A stretch of 63,695 nt of DNA, counting the filler, from Octopus bimaculoides (taxonomy: Eukaryota): NCBI RefSeq assembly GCF_001194135.2. It is 8 parts of 7 records of this genome, joined end to end, with 100 filler letters (N's around TTAATTAATTAA, not from the genome) between each part and the next. Parts side by side here need not be neighbours in the genome. Positions count along the whole stretch, not along the records: positions 18,183 to 27,019 come from NC_068982.1; positions 27,120 to 40,693 come from NW_026433983.1; 6 more parts are not named here. The stretch is one strand, 5' to 3'. The notes beneath the pieces are model-generated. The model had not been told where the DNA came from. It made no database searches and worked only from the letters and a program-made list of their open reading frames with translations. Of the stretch, positions 25,218 through 37,220 are shown in pieces; within the stretch, counting starts at the first letter, position 1, and every line of letters starts with the position of its first letter. The position numbers and the translations under genes were made by a program.

Positions 25218-25600
25218 GCAAAGCTACACACGTGAAAACCAAAATAGGAATTTTGAAAGAAATTTCTATAAAACTAGCTTTCAAACATCGAATGGCTATG
25301 GGGGTCTACCAGAATAAATTAGTAATCAAAGGGTTTCATAGGTAAAAAATGGTTGAGAACTACTGCTCTGAGGCAAATCACATGATTCTGTCTATCAAAA
25401 CAGACATGTCTCTGCTGTTCCACAGTTCAGCTTGTAACTTCAGAGAAATAATTCTATAAATATATCCAAACACAGTTTATGCATATATATATATATGCTT
25501 ATAGGGTAGATGTATTGTAAGTATGTTCACACACATGCATACACACATACACACACACTCATATAAACACATACATTCACACAGATGCACATACATATAC

Positions 25601-25708
25601 ATGGGCGCAGGAGTGGCTATGGGCGCAGGAGTGGCTATGGGCGCAGGAGTGGCTATGGGCGCAGGAGTGGCTATGGGCGCAGGAGTGGCTATGGGCGCAG
25701 GAGTGGCT
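25601..25708 (+). repeat. 18-bp perfect tandem repeat x6 of the SINE-A 5' end
   Basis: atgggcgcaggagtggct x6. The last unit runs into the SINE head gtgtggtaagtagc. Confidence 0.95.
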
Positions 25709-26100
25709 GTGTGGTAAGTAGCTTGCTTACCAACCACATGGTTCTGGGTTCAGTCCCACTGCGCGGCACCTTGGGCAAGTGTCTTCTACTATAGCCTTGG
25801 GCCGACCAAAGCCTTGTGAGTGGATTTGGTAGATGGAAACTGAAAGAAGCCCGTCGTATATATGTATATATATGTGTGTGTGTGTATATGTTTGTGTGTC
25901 TGTGTTTGTCCCCACAACATCGCTTGACAACCCATGCTGGTGTGTTTACGTCCCCGTAACCTAGCGGTTCGGCAAAAGAGCCAATAGAATAAGTACTAGG
26001 CTTAGAAAGAATAAGTCCTGGGGTCGATTTGCTCGACTAAAGGCGGTGCTGCAGCATGGCCACAGTCAAATGACTGAAACAAGAAGAAGAAAAAAGAAAA
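25691..26100 (+). mobile_element. Full-length tRNA-derived SINE family A (bipartite, internal TA/TG microsatellite)
   Basis: A box tggctgtgtggtaag, B box gggttcagtccc, ccttgggcaagtgtc core, gaagcccgtcg(ta/tg)n, second half ending atgactgaaacaag. Confidence 0.9.
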
Positions 26101-26180
26101 ATACATTTACGCAAATATATACACACACACATATATATCCATACACACATTCACACACAGGCACACATATACATACATGT

Positions 26181-26229
<49 letters not shown>

Positions 26230-26369
26230 GTAAATGGACATGACCCTATTTAGGCATCTTTTAACTTTTACTTGTTTCAGGCATTGTTTGTGACCAAGCT
26301 GGAGCACAATGTTGGAGGGTTTTAGTCAATCAAATCAACCCCGTAATTATTTTTTAAAGCCTGGTAATT

Positions 26370-26655
26370 TATTCAATTGGTCTTTTATGCCAAACCGGTG
26401 AGTTACAAGAATGTAAGCAAACCAACACCAGATGTCAGGTGGTGGAGGTGATGGTGGTGGTGGAACTAGCACAAACAGACACACACACACATACAATGAG
26501 CTTCTTTCGGTTTCCTTTTACCAAATCCACTCACAAGTCTTTGGTGAGATCAAAGCTATAGTAGAAGACACCTACCCAAGGTGCCACACAGTGGGACTGA
26601 ACCGGGAACCATGTGGTTGGAAAGTAAACTTCTTACCACACAGCCACGCCTGTAT
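26370..26655 (-). mobile_element. Family A SINE, diverged
   Basis: ccaaatccactcacaag...gtagaagacac...gtgggactgaacc...ttaccacacagccac. Confidence 0.8.
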
Positions 26656-26987
26656 ATATATATATGTATATATATGTATATTGTATATTCATTCATTTGT
26701 TTTATGTCTGTTTCTGCATGTTATCATGGGTTAGATGAATATATTATTGAGAAATTTTTATAGCCAGATGCCCTTTTTTTTGTTGTTGCTGTTTGCCTGC
26801 AAATAAAACAGCATTTGGAAGTCAGTTATTATTGATAGCAGAGATAAGTAGTATTGACAGACACTTTGAATTTTATACTTTCTTCAGCTACTTTGAAAAT
26901 ATATTCAAATTCAATTTGACAAAATATTGATATACACGTGATGAAAACATATACATAAATAAATGAAGATATATGTATATATTCGTT

Positions 26988-27019
<32 letters not shown>

Positions 27020-27119
27020 NNNNNNNNNNNNNNNNNNNNNNNNNNNNNNNNNNNNNNNNNNNNTTAATTAATTAANNNNNNNNNNNNNNNNNNNNNNNNN
27101 NNNNNNNNNNNNNNNNNNN

Positions 27120-27156
<37 letters not shown>

Positions 27157-27550
27157 TGAACAACATAATTTATGTATGTATACATACACACACAAGCACA
27201 TGCACATACATCTGTATATACACTCTAACACTTAAAAGGCACAATGCTGTATGAATTTAATTACACACACATTGAAATCACAACCTCTGGTATATTTTAT
27301 ATGGATATATGCGCTCTCATACAATTTTAAAGGCATACAATAATACCGTCATACTCCAAACGTGCAACTTTATACACACACGTTCACAATACAAGCGTAA
27401 AGTCACGTAGATGCATAGACTCAAAGAAGGGCACACACACACACACATACACTCACACACACACACACAAACATACAAAAACACATGCAAATATATTTAT
27501 ACACACTCATTTACACCTCATGCCTTTTATAAATCTACCTACCTATCTAC

Positions 27551-27591
<41 letters not shown>

Positions 27592-28439
27592 ATCTAATCC
27601 TCTCTTTCTCTTCCTCTATGTTTAAAACATACAGGATATTTATATAATGATTGAAAGATGCTTAGATTAATTCAGATCATGTCTGCAATTGATGGACAAA
27701 ATCTGCCTCTGGAGTTATTTGAAAATCTAAACTCAACAAGCAAGGGAGGTAATTATAATATCAGAGAAGCGAAATTTTGTATTGTTGTGCCTCATGTATC
27801 TAATATGAGCGACCACACTGCATGTGAATGCAGTTTGTAGGGCATTCTCACGTCAGCTATTTACAAATATCTCCTCTTAGCACTATTTCTTAGATACATT
27901 TTAAAATACTTGATACATCCCGGTGTATGTTTGCGTGTGTGTGTATACATTGATATATATTTACATATGTATATATATATATATATATATATATNNNNNN
28001 NNNNNNNNNNNNNNNNNNNNNNNNNNNNNNNNNNNNNNNNNNNNNNNNNNNNNNNNNNNNNNNNNNNNNNNNNNNNNNNNNNNNNNNNNNNNNNNNNNNN
28101 NNNNNNNNNNNNNNNNNNNNNNNNNNNNNNNNNNNNNNNNNNNNNNNNNNNNNNNNNNNNNNNNNNNNNNNNNNNNNNNNNNNNNNNNNACGCAGCCTTT
28201 GTCAACAGTAAGTTTTTACACTTATATATACTTATATATTGCATTTGAGAATGATTTTCTGAAATTACAAATTCTTAATTGTATAAAAAATTTCTTAAAA
28301 AAGTAGACTCGAACGTTTGAGAATAAAATTTTCGTATTGTGTCACAGTTTATTTTGTTGCACTCGTTACAGCTTTTCAGACACACGTGCTACGTAGTAAT
28401 CCATATAGTGAAAGTTGGTTTTAGTAGCGGTTTCCGTAT

Positions 28440-28530
28440 ATTTGGTACACGCACAAACGCGTTTAATAGCGCGCGCGTGCACACACATTTAATAGCCGAT
28501 ATAAATGCTGATTGGTTGGCTAGTTGGTTG
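28440..28530 (-). promoter_or_regulatory. Possible promoter-like patch (NF-Y-type CCAAT box, two TATTAAA, CpG cluster)
   Basis: Minus strand AACCAATCAGC (28507-28517), TATTAAA at 28488-28494 and 28462-28468, gcgcgcgcg. Motif-level evidence only. Confidence 0.2.
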
Positions 28531-29829
28531 AATCTCCACTCACGTTTTATATCGCATAGAGGGCTTCACAAAGAGAGTAAAAGATAGATACAGAGGTAGT
28601 TAACATAAGAGATGCAAGATGAGTGTACACAAAAAGCTTGGTGGCAGGCAATGATAAGTTTCTGAAAAGCACATCGTTGAAAATGAAATTTTGGTAGATT
28701 GCAGAGAGGAGTCTTCGATGGAGTAGATTGCGATTATGTTGATAAAATTTAAATAAACTATTGCATATTTATCGCAAATATACAGATGAGAAGTTTGCTT
28801 TGTTTAAATAAATCTTTTCAAAATTGATATTCATTTCATCAATTTGTACAAACACCAAGATAAATGATAAAAATTGAATTGTAATTTTTATTTGTATGGC
28901 TGAATTTCCATGGTAGTAAAAACTAATTATGACGGGTATATATACTCAAATATATACATATAATATATATATAATATCTCATTGTGGGTTAAATAAAAAT
29001 AAGATAAAAAAGAATTTGTTGACCGCTCCTGAGAGAACACGATCCTACTTTCCTACACTAACTTACAGCATAGATCAGCAGCTCATAAAGCAGCTATAAA
29101 TTAAGCTAGCATTGTGTTTTAAGTGGCTGGTCATTAATAAATATATAGGTATGAATGAATGGTTAAGAAGCAAGCTTTGTAAACACATGGTTTAGGGTTC
29201 AATGCCTTTGCGCGGCATTTTAGGCAAGTGTTTTCTAGTATTTTTTGAAAGCCCGTCGTACACACACACATACGCACACAGATACATACATACATACATA
29301 CATATATGTACATGACTGGTACTTATTTTATCGACCTCGAAAGAATGAAAGGCAAAGTCGACCTCGGCGGAATTTGAACTCAGAACGTAACGGCAGACGA
29401 AATGCAGCAGAGCATTTTGTCTGACATACTAACGATTCTGTCAAATAATAGTAGTAGTAGAAGCAGTAGTAGTTGTAGTAGTAGCAGCAGCAACAACAAC
29501 AACAATTATAATAGTAGTAGTAGTAGCAGCTCGACGCGCTAACGATTTTGCCATATGATGATGATGGGGATGATAATGATGATGATGATAATAGTCACCG
29601 TAGTCGAAGTATCAGCAGCAGTAATTGTTGTGATAGTAGTAGTAGTAGTAGTAGTAGCAGCAGCAGCAGCAGCAGCAGCAGTAGGAGTAGTAGTAGTAGT
29701 AGTACAAAAGTACAGCCAAATACTAACCATATAACAAGAGATATTGGTATTTTTTCGTATATTTGTTTTGTTAATATCTCGTTCATTGTTTTTTTCTCCT
29801 GAATATGAAAGAGAACGGAAATGGATGCC

Positions 29830-30192
29830 AAGTGGAATAAAAAAAGAACGACGTCACTTTTCGCTCCTTCGATCCTTTCTTTTTCATTTTCTCCTTTCGC
29901 TCTTTCTTTTTCAATATCTTTCCTTCCTTCCTTCATTTATTCATTCTTTTTTATCTTTTTCGTTCATTCATTTTCCTGGTTCATTTCATTTATTCATTCA
30001 GTCGTACATTCTTTCTTTCTTTCTTTCTTTTCTTTCTTGTTTTCTCTCTCCATTCTCTTTTTCTCTATATCTTTCTCTCGTTTTTCATTCTTTTGCTCTC
30101 CTTCTTTGTTTATTCTAGTCATTCATGCTTACCTTTTCTATCATTCTCTCTTCCTTTTCTTCTCCCATTCTTCCCTCTCCACCTTCTTCCTC

Positions 30193-30239
<47 letters not shown>

Positions 30240-30393
30240 ATCTCTCTTTGTTTTTCTTTCTTTCTTTCATCACTTCCTCCTTCTATTCATTCATTCATTC
30301 ATTCTCCCGCCATTCTTCCTTTCTTTCTTTCCTCCTTCCCTTCCTTCCTTCCCCTCTTCTTTCTTCCTTCCTTCCTCTCTTCTTCCTTCCTTC

Positions 30394-30443
<50 letters not shown>

Positions 30444-30468
30444 GTCCTCCTTCCCTTTCTTCCTCTCT

Positions 30469-30504
<36 letters not shown>

Positions 30505-30700
30505 TTCTTCTCTCCCTCCCTCCATCTCTAACCCCCTTCCTTCCTTCCTTCCTTCCTTCCTTCCCCTCTTCTTTCTTTCTTCCTTCCTTCCTCTCTTCTT
30601 TCTTTCTTTCTTTCTTTCTTTTCTTCTCTCCCTCCCTCCATCTCTAACCCCCTTCCTTCCTTCCTGCCTCGCCCACTTTCCTTCTACCGTTCCAAATTTT
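29830..30700. repeat. Long polypyrimidine tract ((CTTT)n/(CCTT)n/(CATT)n)
   Basis: About 870 bp almost devoid of purines, with an internal duplicated block (cttttcttctctccctccctccatctctaacccccttcc). Confidence 0.9.
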
Positions 30701-31179
30701 CCTTTAGTTCACCTTAGCTGACAACTTCAATTCTTGTCAGATTTGGAAATGAATTTATTCTTGAATCGCTTCCAACAATCCTTGAAATGGCGAGTTCTTT
30801 CTGTTGCCACAACTGAAAGAATCTGTCAACGTACTCGACCAATATTTCCATCCATCAACAGCACTCAGATGGAACAATAAACAACAGAGTGACCCACCAT
30901 ATTTGTATTACCGTAGTTCATTGCATTATTTCACGTTCAGGGGTTCGAATCGTAGCCTCGTCCATTGTAATATCAGTTTTTAAATCTCTAATTAAGCGCG
31001 GTCATAGCTGAGTGGTTAAGAAGACCTCATTACAACTACGTGGTTTCAGGTTCAGTCCCAATGCATGGCACATTTGGCAAATGTCTTCTATAATGCCTTG
31101 TGAATTTCGAATTCTGTGGAAAAAACTGTGGAAAGGAACCCCGTCTATCTGTCTGTCTATCTGCCTGCCTGTCTGTTTG

Positions 31180-31212
<33 letters not shown>

Positions 31213-31465
31213 TTTTTTTCTCGATCCCTTTTGATCGAACTCCCCCCTTTTTTCCCTTCCTACGATCCCTTTTGATCGACACACCCCTACCTTTTTTTCC
31301 TTCCCCCTCCCAAAATGAAAAGCTCTACATTGTATTTGTCCCATCTTTGTTGAGCCCTGTGTGGCTAATAAAAGAAATGTATGTATCTATCTATCTATTT
31401 GTCTATCTATCTATTTATCTATCTGTCCCCTCTGTGTTCAGCCCTGTGTGGCTAATAAAGAACCA

Positions 31466-31514
<49 letters not shown>

Positions 31515-32719
31515 NNNNNNNNNNNNNNNNNNNNNNNNNNNNNNNNNNNNNNNNNNNNNNNNNNNNNNNNNNNNNNNNNNNNNNNNNNNNNNNNNNNNNN
31601 NNNNNNNNNNNNNNNNNNNNNNNNNNNNNNNNNNNNNNNNNNNNNNNNNNNNNNNNNNNNNNNNNNNNNNNNNNNNNNNNNNNNNNNNNNNNNNNNNNNN
31701 NNNNNNNNNNNNNNNNNNNNNNNNNNNNNNNNNNNNNNNNNNNNNNNNNNNNNNNNNNNNNNNNNNNNNNNNNNNNNNNNNNNNNNNNNNNNNNNNNNNN
31801 NNNNNNNNNNNNNNNNNNNNNNNNNNNNNNNNNNNNNNNNNNNNNNNNNNNNNNNNNNNNNNNNNNNNNNNNNNNNNNNNNNNNNNNNNNNNNNNNNNNN
31901 NNNNNNNNNNNNNNNNNNNNNNNNNNNNNNNNNNNNNNNNNNNNNNNNNNNNNNNNNNNNNNNNNNNNNNNNNNNNNNNNNNNNNNNNNNNNNNNNNNNN
32001 NNNNNNNNNNNNNNNNNNNNNNNNNNNNNNNNNNNNNNNNNNNNNNNNNNNNNNNNNNNNNNNNNNNNNNNNNNNNNNNNNNNNNNNNNNNNNNNNNNNN
32101 NNNNNNNNNNNNNNNNNNCTCTCCTCCTCTGTTAAAAGTAAAGAAAATAAAAATATCGATCGTACTGAAGTATACTGTTAATTTTAATTTTAAATAACTG
32201 AGGCTTTCATTGGTTTTCCTCTATTTCTTCACTACTTTTCTGCACTGTTAAGAGAGTAAGAAAGAAAAAAAGAATACACAGATCGTATATAGTTTCTACA
32301 TCTTTGAAATGAACATAGACCAACTAGTTTCATGATGCCGAGTTACGTTGTACTGATAAGCTCCAAAAAGAGCGAAACAACGTTATCTGCAGCTACTACG
32401 ACACCCCAAATGAGAAAAAAAAAGGAAAAAAGAAACGAATTTTAAGGAAATACTATTTCATGTATTGTGTCAATCACAAGAAAATGACTTCACAAAATAA
32501 TAAAGCAAAAAGAAAAAATTATAAGCCCTGAGCGGTTCTCTCCCTTAAGGGAAAATATTCCCCCACTCGCTTAGCAAACTCTCTTTCTCTCTGTCCTTTA
32601 CTCCGAAAGCAACCGTAGGTGACAGCACCAACATTCGCCAGTCAAAATTCCCACGTGTGATTATACCTTATTTCTCCTGAAAATTTGTAACCTTGAGCCT
32701 TGTACTGCTGATGTTCTCT

Positions 32720-33112
32720 AGCTCTCAGTCCTGACAAAACAAGCCAATGGTGGCTGCCATCTTCTTCGCGACCGTTGTGTTTATTTTTTTCCTATTTACA
32801 AGGAAGCCGGAATTATGAAATCGAACGGATTCTATTACTAACATAGTGGCAATGTGATCTGAAGAAGAATTGGTTGGTATTTCTCACGCAAATTTGCGAC
32901 CATCCTCCTTTGTATTGTTGTTGTTTAAACCCTGATCAGTCCTGATCAAACAAGCCTATGGCGGCTACCGAAACGTCCGTGACTGTTCGGTTTATTTTTT
33001 CTTATGTACAAGGAAACTGGGACTAGAAAATCCAACAGATTCTCTTACTAACATAGTGGCAATGTGATTTAAAGAAGAATTGGTCGCTATTTCCAGGCGG
33101 TTGAGAGACCAT
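32720..33112. repeat. Two diverged direct copies of a 170-185-bp sequence, about 215-bp spacing
   Basis: cctga..aaacaagcc.atgg.ggct...tacaaggaa...gattct.ttactaacatagtggcaatgtgat.t.aagaagaattggt...gaccat at about 32720-32903 and 32941-33112. Confidence 0.85.
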
Positions 33113-33527
33113 GTGAAGTCTACCACATCGATCCGTTGGGCAGATGTTCAAAATTGATTGCACAATCGATAGCTTTTCAAAGTAAACACTTTACATTTTT
33201 TAGTTGCTTACCTACGTTTATGTGCTGGGTTCGAATCCCTCCTCGACCGTTTATTACTTTTATCCTTTCTGGGATCGATGAAATAAAGCACCATTTGAAT
33301 ATAATGGACTCTATTTAATCAGCTGTACTGCAAACACATTTTAGGCCTTTTCTTTAGGTTAGAAATCATCATAGGATTAAACAATCGGCAGAGCATCAGC
33401 GGAATCTCTTTCCATTTCAAGTTTGAATAACTTACGTCACAGTAACGTTAGCAATACATCTTATCACTGTGATGTTAGCAATAAACTCAAGAAACTACAT
33501 AATAGAGACATAACCCACATAACAGCT

Positions 33528-33750
33528 TCATTTATCGACCCCGAAAGGATGAAAGGCAAAGTCGACCTCGGTGGAATTTGAACTCAGAGCATAAAGACAG
33601 ATGAAATACCTATTTCTTTACTTCCCACAAGGGGCTACACAGAGAGGGGACAAACAAGGACAGACAAACGGATTAAGTCGATTATATTGACCCCAATGCG
33701 TAACTGGTACTTAATTCATCGACTCCGAAAGGATGAAAGGCAAAGCCGCC
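33528..33750 (-). mobile_element. Composite family B1 SINE
   Basis: tttatcgaccccgaaaggatgaaaggcaaagtcgacctcgg... and the agagaggggacaaacaaggacagacaaacggattaagtcg tail. Confidence 0.85.
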
Positions 33751-33850
<100 letters not shown>

Positions 33851-33854
33851 GAAG

Positions 33855-34020
33855 CTGGCACTCAGTCGGTTACGATGACGGGGGTTCCATTTGATCCCTC
33901 CAACGGAACAACGGAAATTAAATTGCAAATGGCTGAGTATTCCACAGACACTCATATTCCTAACGTAGTTCTCAGGGAGATTCAATGTGACAAGGCTGAC
34001 CCATTGAAATGCAGGCACTA
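33855..34020 (-). mobile_element. SINE family F 3' portion next to (TAA)n at 33752-33849
   Basis: ggcactc.gtc.gttacga.gacg.ggg.tcca...ttaacgtagttctc.gggagattca is shared with 54551-54745 and, reverse-complemented, with 49365-49480. Orientation is inferred. Confidence 0.7.
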
Positions 34021-34639
34021 CCGATTTTTACCGATTATTTTGAAATAATCTACATATGAGTAACATTAACAATAACCTACATCACAGTTATTTTGACGAT
34101 AAAATGTATTGCTAGCTAAACTTTATCATAGCTGTGATGGATGTACAAAACATCGACAATAATGGCGACGATGTTGCTGATGACGACAATTTCGATAATG
34201 ACGATGATTGTGACGATGATAATAATCTTCGTCAACTCCCGTGAATTTTACTAACGAATTCTATGAAATGTAGGTGATCACTGATCAACAGAAATAATCT
34301 AAAAATCTGCACTCGTAACGAGATAAACATCTTTCTTTCTCCCGTCGCCGCCAATACTATCACCATAAGCTCGTACCCTCTTTTCCCCCCGCCTTTTTAA
34401 ACTTTCACTTTCACTTTACTGTTCATCTTCTCTTGGAATCACACCTTACTTAAGAATTCCATTTGGAAATAATGGCTCCTTTATTTATTTATTTGTTTAT
34501 TTGCTTGTTTGTGTATTCATTTAACTTTTAGATTTTTGTTTCCATTTAAGCTTGATTTTTTCTTTCTTTTTATGTACTTTATTTCATTTATTTTTACTTT
34601 TTGTTTCCAATTATTTTCTTTTTTGGTAAATTCTTCATT

Positions 34640-34787
34640 TTGAAATCAGATTGCCGAAAGAGAGGTGCAGAGAAAGAGAAAGAGAGAGAAAGAAAGAGAG
34701 GAGCAGAGAGATAGAGAGAGAGAAAGAGAAAGAAAAGAACAGAGAGAGAGAGACAAAGAGAGAGAGAGAGAGACAAAGAGAGAGAGA

Positions 34788-34853
<66 letters not shown>

Positions 34854-34885
34854 AAGAGAGAGAGAGAGAGACAAAGAGAGAGAGA

Positions 34886-34942
<57 letters not shown>

Positions 34943-35460
34943 AGAGAATGCTCATGTTTGTGCATATATGTGTGTGTGAAATAGTACATGTGTGTATGTG
35001 TGAAAGAGAGAGAGAGAAAGAGAGGGAAGGGAATAAGTAGGAAGAAAAACAAGGATAAAGAAGGGGAAAGAAGATACAAGAACAAGATAAGGAAAGAGAA
35101 GAAGAATAAGAATAAATAAAAGTAAGAAGAAAACCGAAGAAAGAAGAGGTAGAAAATGAAGAAAATTGCAGAGAAGTAATGAAAAAGGAGGAGGAGGAGG
35201 AAGAAGAAGGAGAAGAGGGGAAGGAGGAGGAAGAGGAGGTGGTGAAGAAAAGAAAAACACGAATGAAAATTGATTAAAATATAAGAGAATACAAATGAAG
35301 TAAAATGACGATGACAAAGAAGAAAAAGAATATGAAGGAAAATAAGAAGAAAAGCAAAAATACGAAGGAAAAGAAAAAAAGAATAAGAAGGAAAAGAAGA
35401 ACGAAACTACGTAAGAGAATATGAAGAAAAAGAATACGAGGGATACGAGAAAGAAGAAAA
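34640..35460. repeat. Polypurine tract with (GA)n-GACAAA higher-order repeat
   Basis: About 8 units of gacaaa(ga)n at 34740-34945, then GAA/GGA-rich sequence. Confidence 0.9.
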
Positions 35461-35496
35461 ATTGTAATGATGATGATAATAATAATAATAATGATG

Positions 35497-35562
<66 letters not shown>

Positions 35563-35569
35563 TCTGCTA

Positions 35570-35690
35570 AAGGCACAGGGCCTGAAATTTTGGGGGAGGG
35601 GGGTAAGTCGATTACATCAACCCCAGTGATTCACTGATACTTAATTTATCGACCCCAAAAAGATGAAAAACAAAGTTGACCTCGGCGGCA
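35570..35690 (-). mobile_element. Family B2 SINE fragment
   Basis: ggcacagggcctgaaattttgggggagggg...gtcgattacatc...acttaatttatcgacccc...gttgacctcggcgg. Confidence 0.8.
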
Positions 35691-35722
35691 AAGTAATAAT
35701 AATGATGATGATAAGAAGAAGG

Positions 35723-35754
<32 letters not shown>

Positions 35755-35982
35755 AAGAAGAAGAAGAAGAAGAAGAAGAAAGAAAGAAAGAAATTACAAA
35801 ACAGAAAAGGAAGAAAGAATACGAAAACTACGATAGAGAAAACAGGAAAAGACGAGGATGAAGATGATGATGATGATAATGATGATGATGTTGATGATGA
35901 TGATGATGGTGATGATGATAATGGCGACGACATGAAGAACATGATGATGATGATGATGGAGAAGATGATAACGCCGACGAAA

Positions 35983-36013
<31 letters not shown>

Positions 36014-36930
36014 CGACGATGATGATGATGATGATGATGATGAAGAACATGATGGTGATGATGATGATGACGATAATGAATATGAAGAATACGAAGAATC
36101 TGAGGAAGTAAAAGAAAAAGAAGAGAAAGGAAAAGAAAAATACCGAGANNNNNNNNNNNNNNNNNNNNNNNNNNNNNNNNNNNNNNNNNNNNNNNNNNNN
36201 NNNNNNNNNNNNNNNNNNNNNNNNNNNNNNNNNNNNNNNNNNNNNNNNNNNNNNNNNNNNNNNNNNNNNNNNNNNNNNNNNNNNNNNNNNNNNNNNNNNN
36301 NNNNNNNNNNNNNNNNNNNNNNNNNNNNNNNNNNNNNNNNNNNNNNNNNNNNNNNNNNNNNNNNNNNNNNNNNNNNNNNNNNNNNNNNNNNNNNNNNNNN
36401 NNNNNNNNNNNNNNNNNNNNNNNNNNNNNNNNNNNNNNNNNNNNNNNNNNNNNNNNNNNNNNNNNNNNNNNNNNNNNNNNNNNNNNNNNNNNNNNNNNNN
36501 NNNNNNNNNNNNNNNNNNNNNNNNNNNNNNNNNNNNNNNNNNNNNNNNNNNNNNNNNNNNNNNNNNNNNNNNNNNNNNNNNNNNNNNNNNNNNNNNNNNN
36601 NNNNNNNNNNNNNNNNNNNNNNNNNNNNNNNNNNNNNNNNNNNNNNNNNNNNNNNNNNNNNNNNNNNNNNNNNNNNGGTAGCGGTAGTAGTGCTCGATGG
36701 TGGTGGTGGTGAGATGGTGGTGGCGTGATAGTGGTGGTGGTGGTGGTGGTGGTGGTGAGATGGTGGCAATGGCATTTATGCAGTTCACATTGATGGCGGC
36801 GGCAGCGATTGCGACCATGTATGGAGCATGGTGGTAGGGGTGGGGACTAATGGTGGTAATGGCGGTGATGGCGGTGGTAGTGGTGGTAGTGAGAGGAGAT
36901 GGTTATACGATAGGAGGAGGAGGAGGAGTT
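35690..36930. repeat. Compound trinucleotide SSR (TAG/GAA/GAT/GAC/GGT) split by an N gap
   Basis: Direct inspection. Source of spurious low-complexity ORFs. Confidence 0.9.
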
Positions 36931-37162
36931 CGGAGATAAAACTCTAAAGCACCACATCTGTGGATTATATGTATGAATCTTTTTCTTGTCGTTGTTTTTG
37001 TTGTTGGTGTTTTTGTTCTCTTGTTATTATTGTTCAACTTATGACAATTGTTGTTGATGTTGTTATTGTTGTTCCCGTTATCGATGTTGTTGTTGTTAAT
37101 TTTACAAAATCATTTTTCTCGCTGCCACCATAGTTGTTAATGTTTTTTGCTATTGTTGTTGC

Positions 37163-37220
<58 letters not shown>

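Larger units (their letters stand above)
23495..25365. mobile_element. hAT-type non-autonomous element with nested insertions
   Basis: TIRs cagtggttctcaacc (23495-23509) and ggttgagaactactg (25351-25365). Flanking 8-mers ctgtgagg and ctctgagg match at 7/8 (hAT-length TSD). Confidence 0.8.

Noticed and set aside
29821-30721. Long F/L/S-rich ORFs resembling membrane proteins (similar at 34594-35563, 40742-41624, 55687-56436)
   Set aside because: They are translations of (CTTT)n, (GA)n and trinucleotide SSRs, open in several frames at once, with no domain content.
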